DNA of 52,970 bases. It comes from Lama guanicoe (lineage: Eukaryota). Below the pieces are notes generated by a model. The model did not search any database. It was not told where the DNA came from and was given only the letters and a program-made list of their open reading frames with translations. Location: the NCBI GenBank assembly GCA_013239625.1, contig MU053645.1, forward strand, positions 682,001 to 734,970. The letters are read 5' to 3'. Below, in pieces: positions 52,095 to 52,970 of this stretch. The translations under genes were made by a program, and so were the position numbers. Numbering within the stretch: position 1 is the first letter of the stretch; each line of letters begins with the position of its first letter.

Positions 52095-52970
52095 ATGGCA
52101 ATAAACACACGTCTATCAGTAATTACTGTCAATGTTAATGGACTAAATGCTCCAGTCAAAAGACATAGACTGGCAGACTGGATAATAAAGCAAGAATCTT
52201 CAATATGGTGCATACAAGAGACCCACTTTAGGGAGAAGGACACATATAGATTGAGAGTGAAAGGATGGAAAAGGATATTCCACACAAATGGAAAAGCCAA
52301 AAAAGCAGGTGTTGCAGTACTGATTTCAGACAAAATAGACTTTAAAACAAACACCATAAAGAAAGATAAAGAAGGACATTTTATAATGATTAAAGGAGTG
52401 ATACAAGATGAGGATATTACACTTGTTAATATATATGCACCCAATATAGGAGCACCTAAGTACATAAAACAATTACTAACAGAGATAAAGGGCGATATTG
52501 ATGGGAATACAATCATAGTCGGAGATTTTAACACCACGTTAACATCAATAGACAGATCTTCCAGACACAAAATAAATAAGGCAACAGAGAAATTAAATAA
52601 TACATAGGAGCACCACATAAAACAATTACTAACAGAGATAAAGGGCGATATTGATGGGAATACAATCATAGTCGGAGATTTTAACACCACGTTAACATCA
52701 ATAGACAGATCTTCCAGACACAAAATAAATAAGGCAACAGAGAAATTAAATAATACAATAGAAAAATTAGATTTGGTGGATATTTTCAGAGCATTACACC
52801 CCTCAAAAATAGGATATATATTCTTTTGAAGTGCACATGGAACATAGTCCTGGATAGCCACAGCAATCAGGCAAGAGAAAGAAATAAAAGGGATCCAAAT
52901 TGGAAAAGAAGAGGTAAAAGTGTCATTATATGCTGATGACATGTTACTATATATAGAAAACCCTACCCTA
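52095..52970 (+). pseudogene. L1 ORF2p, disrupted: EN domain, then a jump to the RT YADD region
   Basis: TVNVNGLN, CIQETH, NIYAPN, IVGDFNT. Stops at 52605-52607 and 52827-52829. [34 protein letters not shown] with YADD at 52929-52940. Confidence 0.96.
52446..52756 (+). repeat. Tandem duplication, 158 bp plus 153 bp
   Basis: 52446-52603 and 52604-52756 are identical except that taagt is missing from copy 2. Confidence 0.97.

Larger units (their letters stand above)
49105..52970 (+). mobile_element. 5'-complete young LINE-1 (5'UTR, ORF1, spacer, rearranged ORF2), running off the window end
   Basis: GC-rich 5'UTR starting gctcgaggccaagatgg, with recognisable ORF1 and ORF2 in the correct order. 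Confidence 0.97.

Noticed and set aside
51971..52942. 323-aa minus-strand ORF, the longest in the track
   Set aside because: It is the antisense shadow of L1 ORF2, lengthened by the 153-bp duplication (repeated peptide LFNFSVALFILCLEDLS...). Similar shadows occur at 21011-21313 and 22337-22735.
49105..52970. Possibly active full-length L1
   Set aside because: ORF1 has a frameshift and a premature stop. ORF2 has stops, a duplication and a large deletion.
1..52970. CRISPR array, tRNA/rRNA, operon or prokaryotic defence system
   Set aside because: No regularly spaced repeats, no RNA-gene signatures and no gene-dense structure. The repeat content is clearly eutherian.
52961..52970. ccctacccta as a telomeric repeat seed
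   Set aside because: The unit is cccta rather than ccctaa, there are only two copies, and the first is normal L1 sequence (gaaaacccta).

Overview
This is eukaryotic (placental mammal) non-coding DNA, not a prokaryotic accessory region. It is AT-rich, CpG-depleted and densely filled with interspersed repeats: ancient eutherian MIR, L2, MLT1, LTR16, hAT MITE and L1M relics, overlaid by at least five younger LINE-1 insertions. The L1 3'UTR style and the absence of Alu, B1/B2, Bov-A/tA, PRE and Can-SINE elements suggest a cetartiodactyl, probably a camelid (inference). I recognise no host protein-coding exon, RNA gene or CRISPR array; the only recognisable proteins are broken L1 ORF1/ORF2. The main points of interest are: (i) a 5'-complete L1 at 49105-52970 whose ~400-nt inter-ORF spacer carries a 75-codon ORF ending 7 nt past the ORF2 AUG; (ii) a run of odd junctions in that L1's ORF2 that may be a misassembly; (iii) two twin-primed (5'-inverted) L1s with target-site duplications (TSDs); (iv) repeated nesting of young L1s in old L1s; (v) a CpG-retaining, motif-dense unique block at about 37.1-37.4 kb. 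I cannot support a new biological system from the sequence alone. Repeat family names are from recall of consensus sequences and boundaries of old repeats are approximate.
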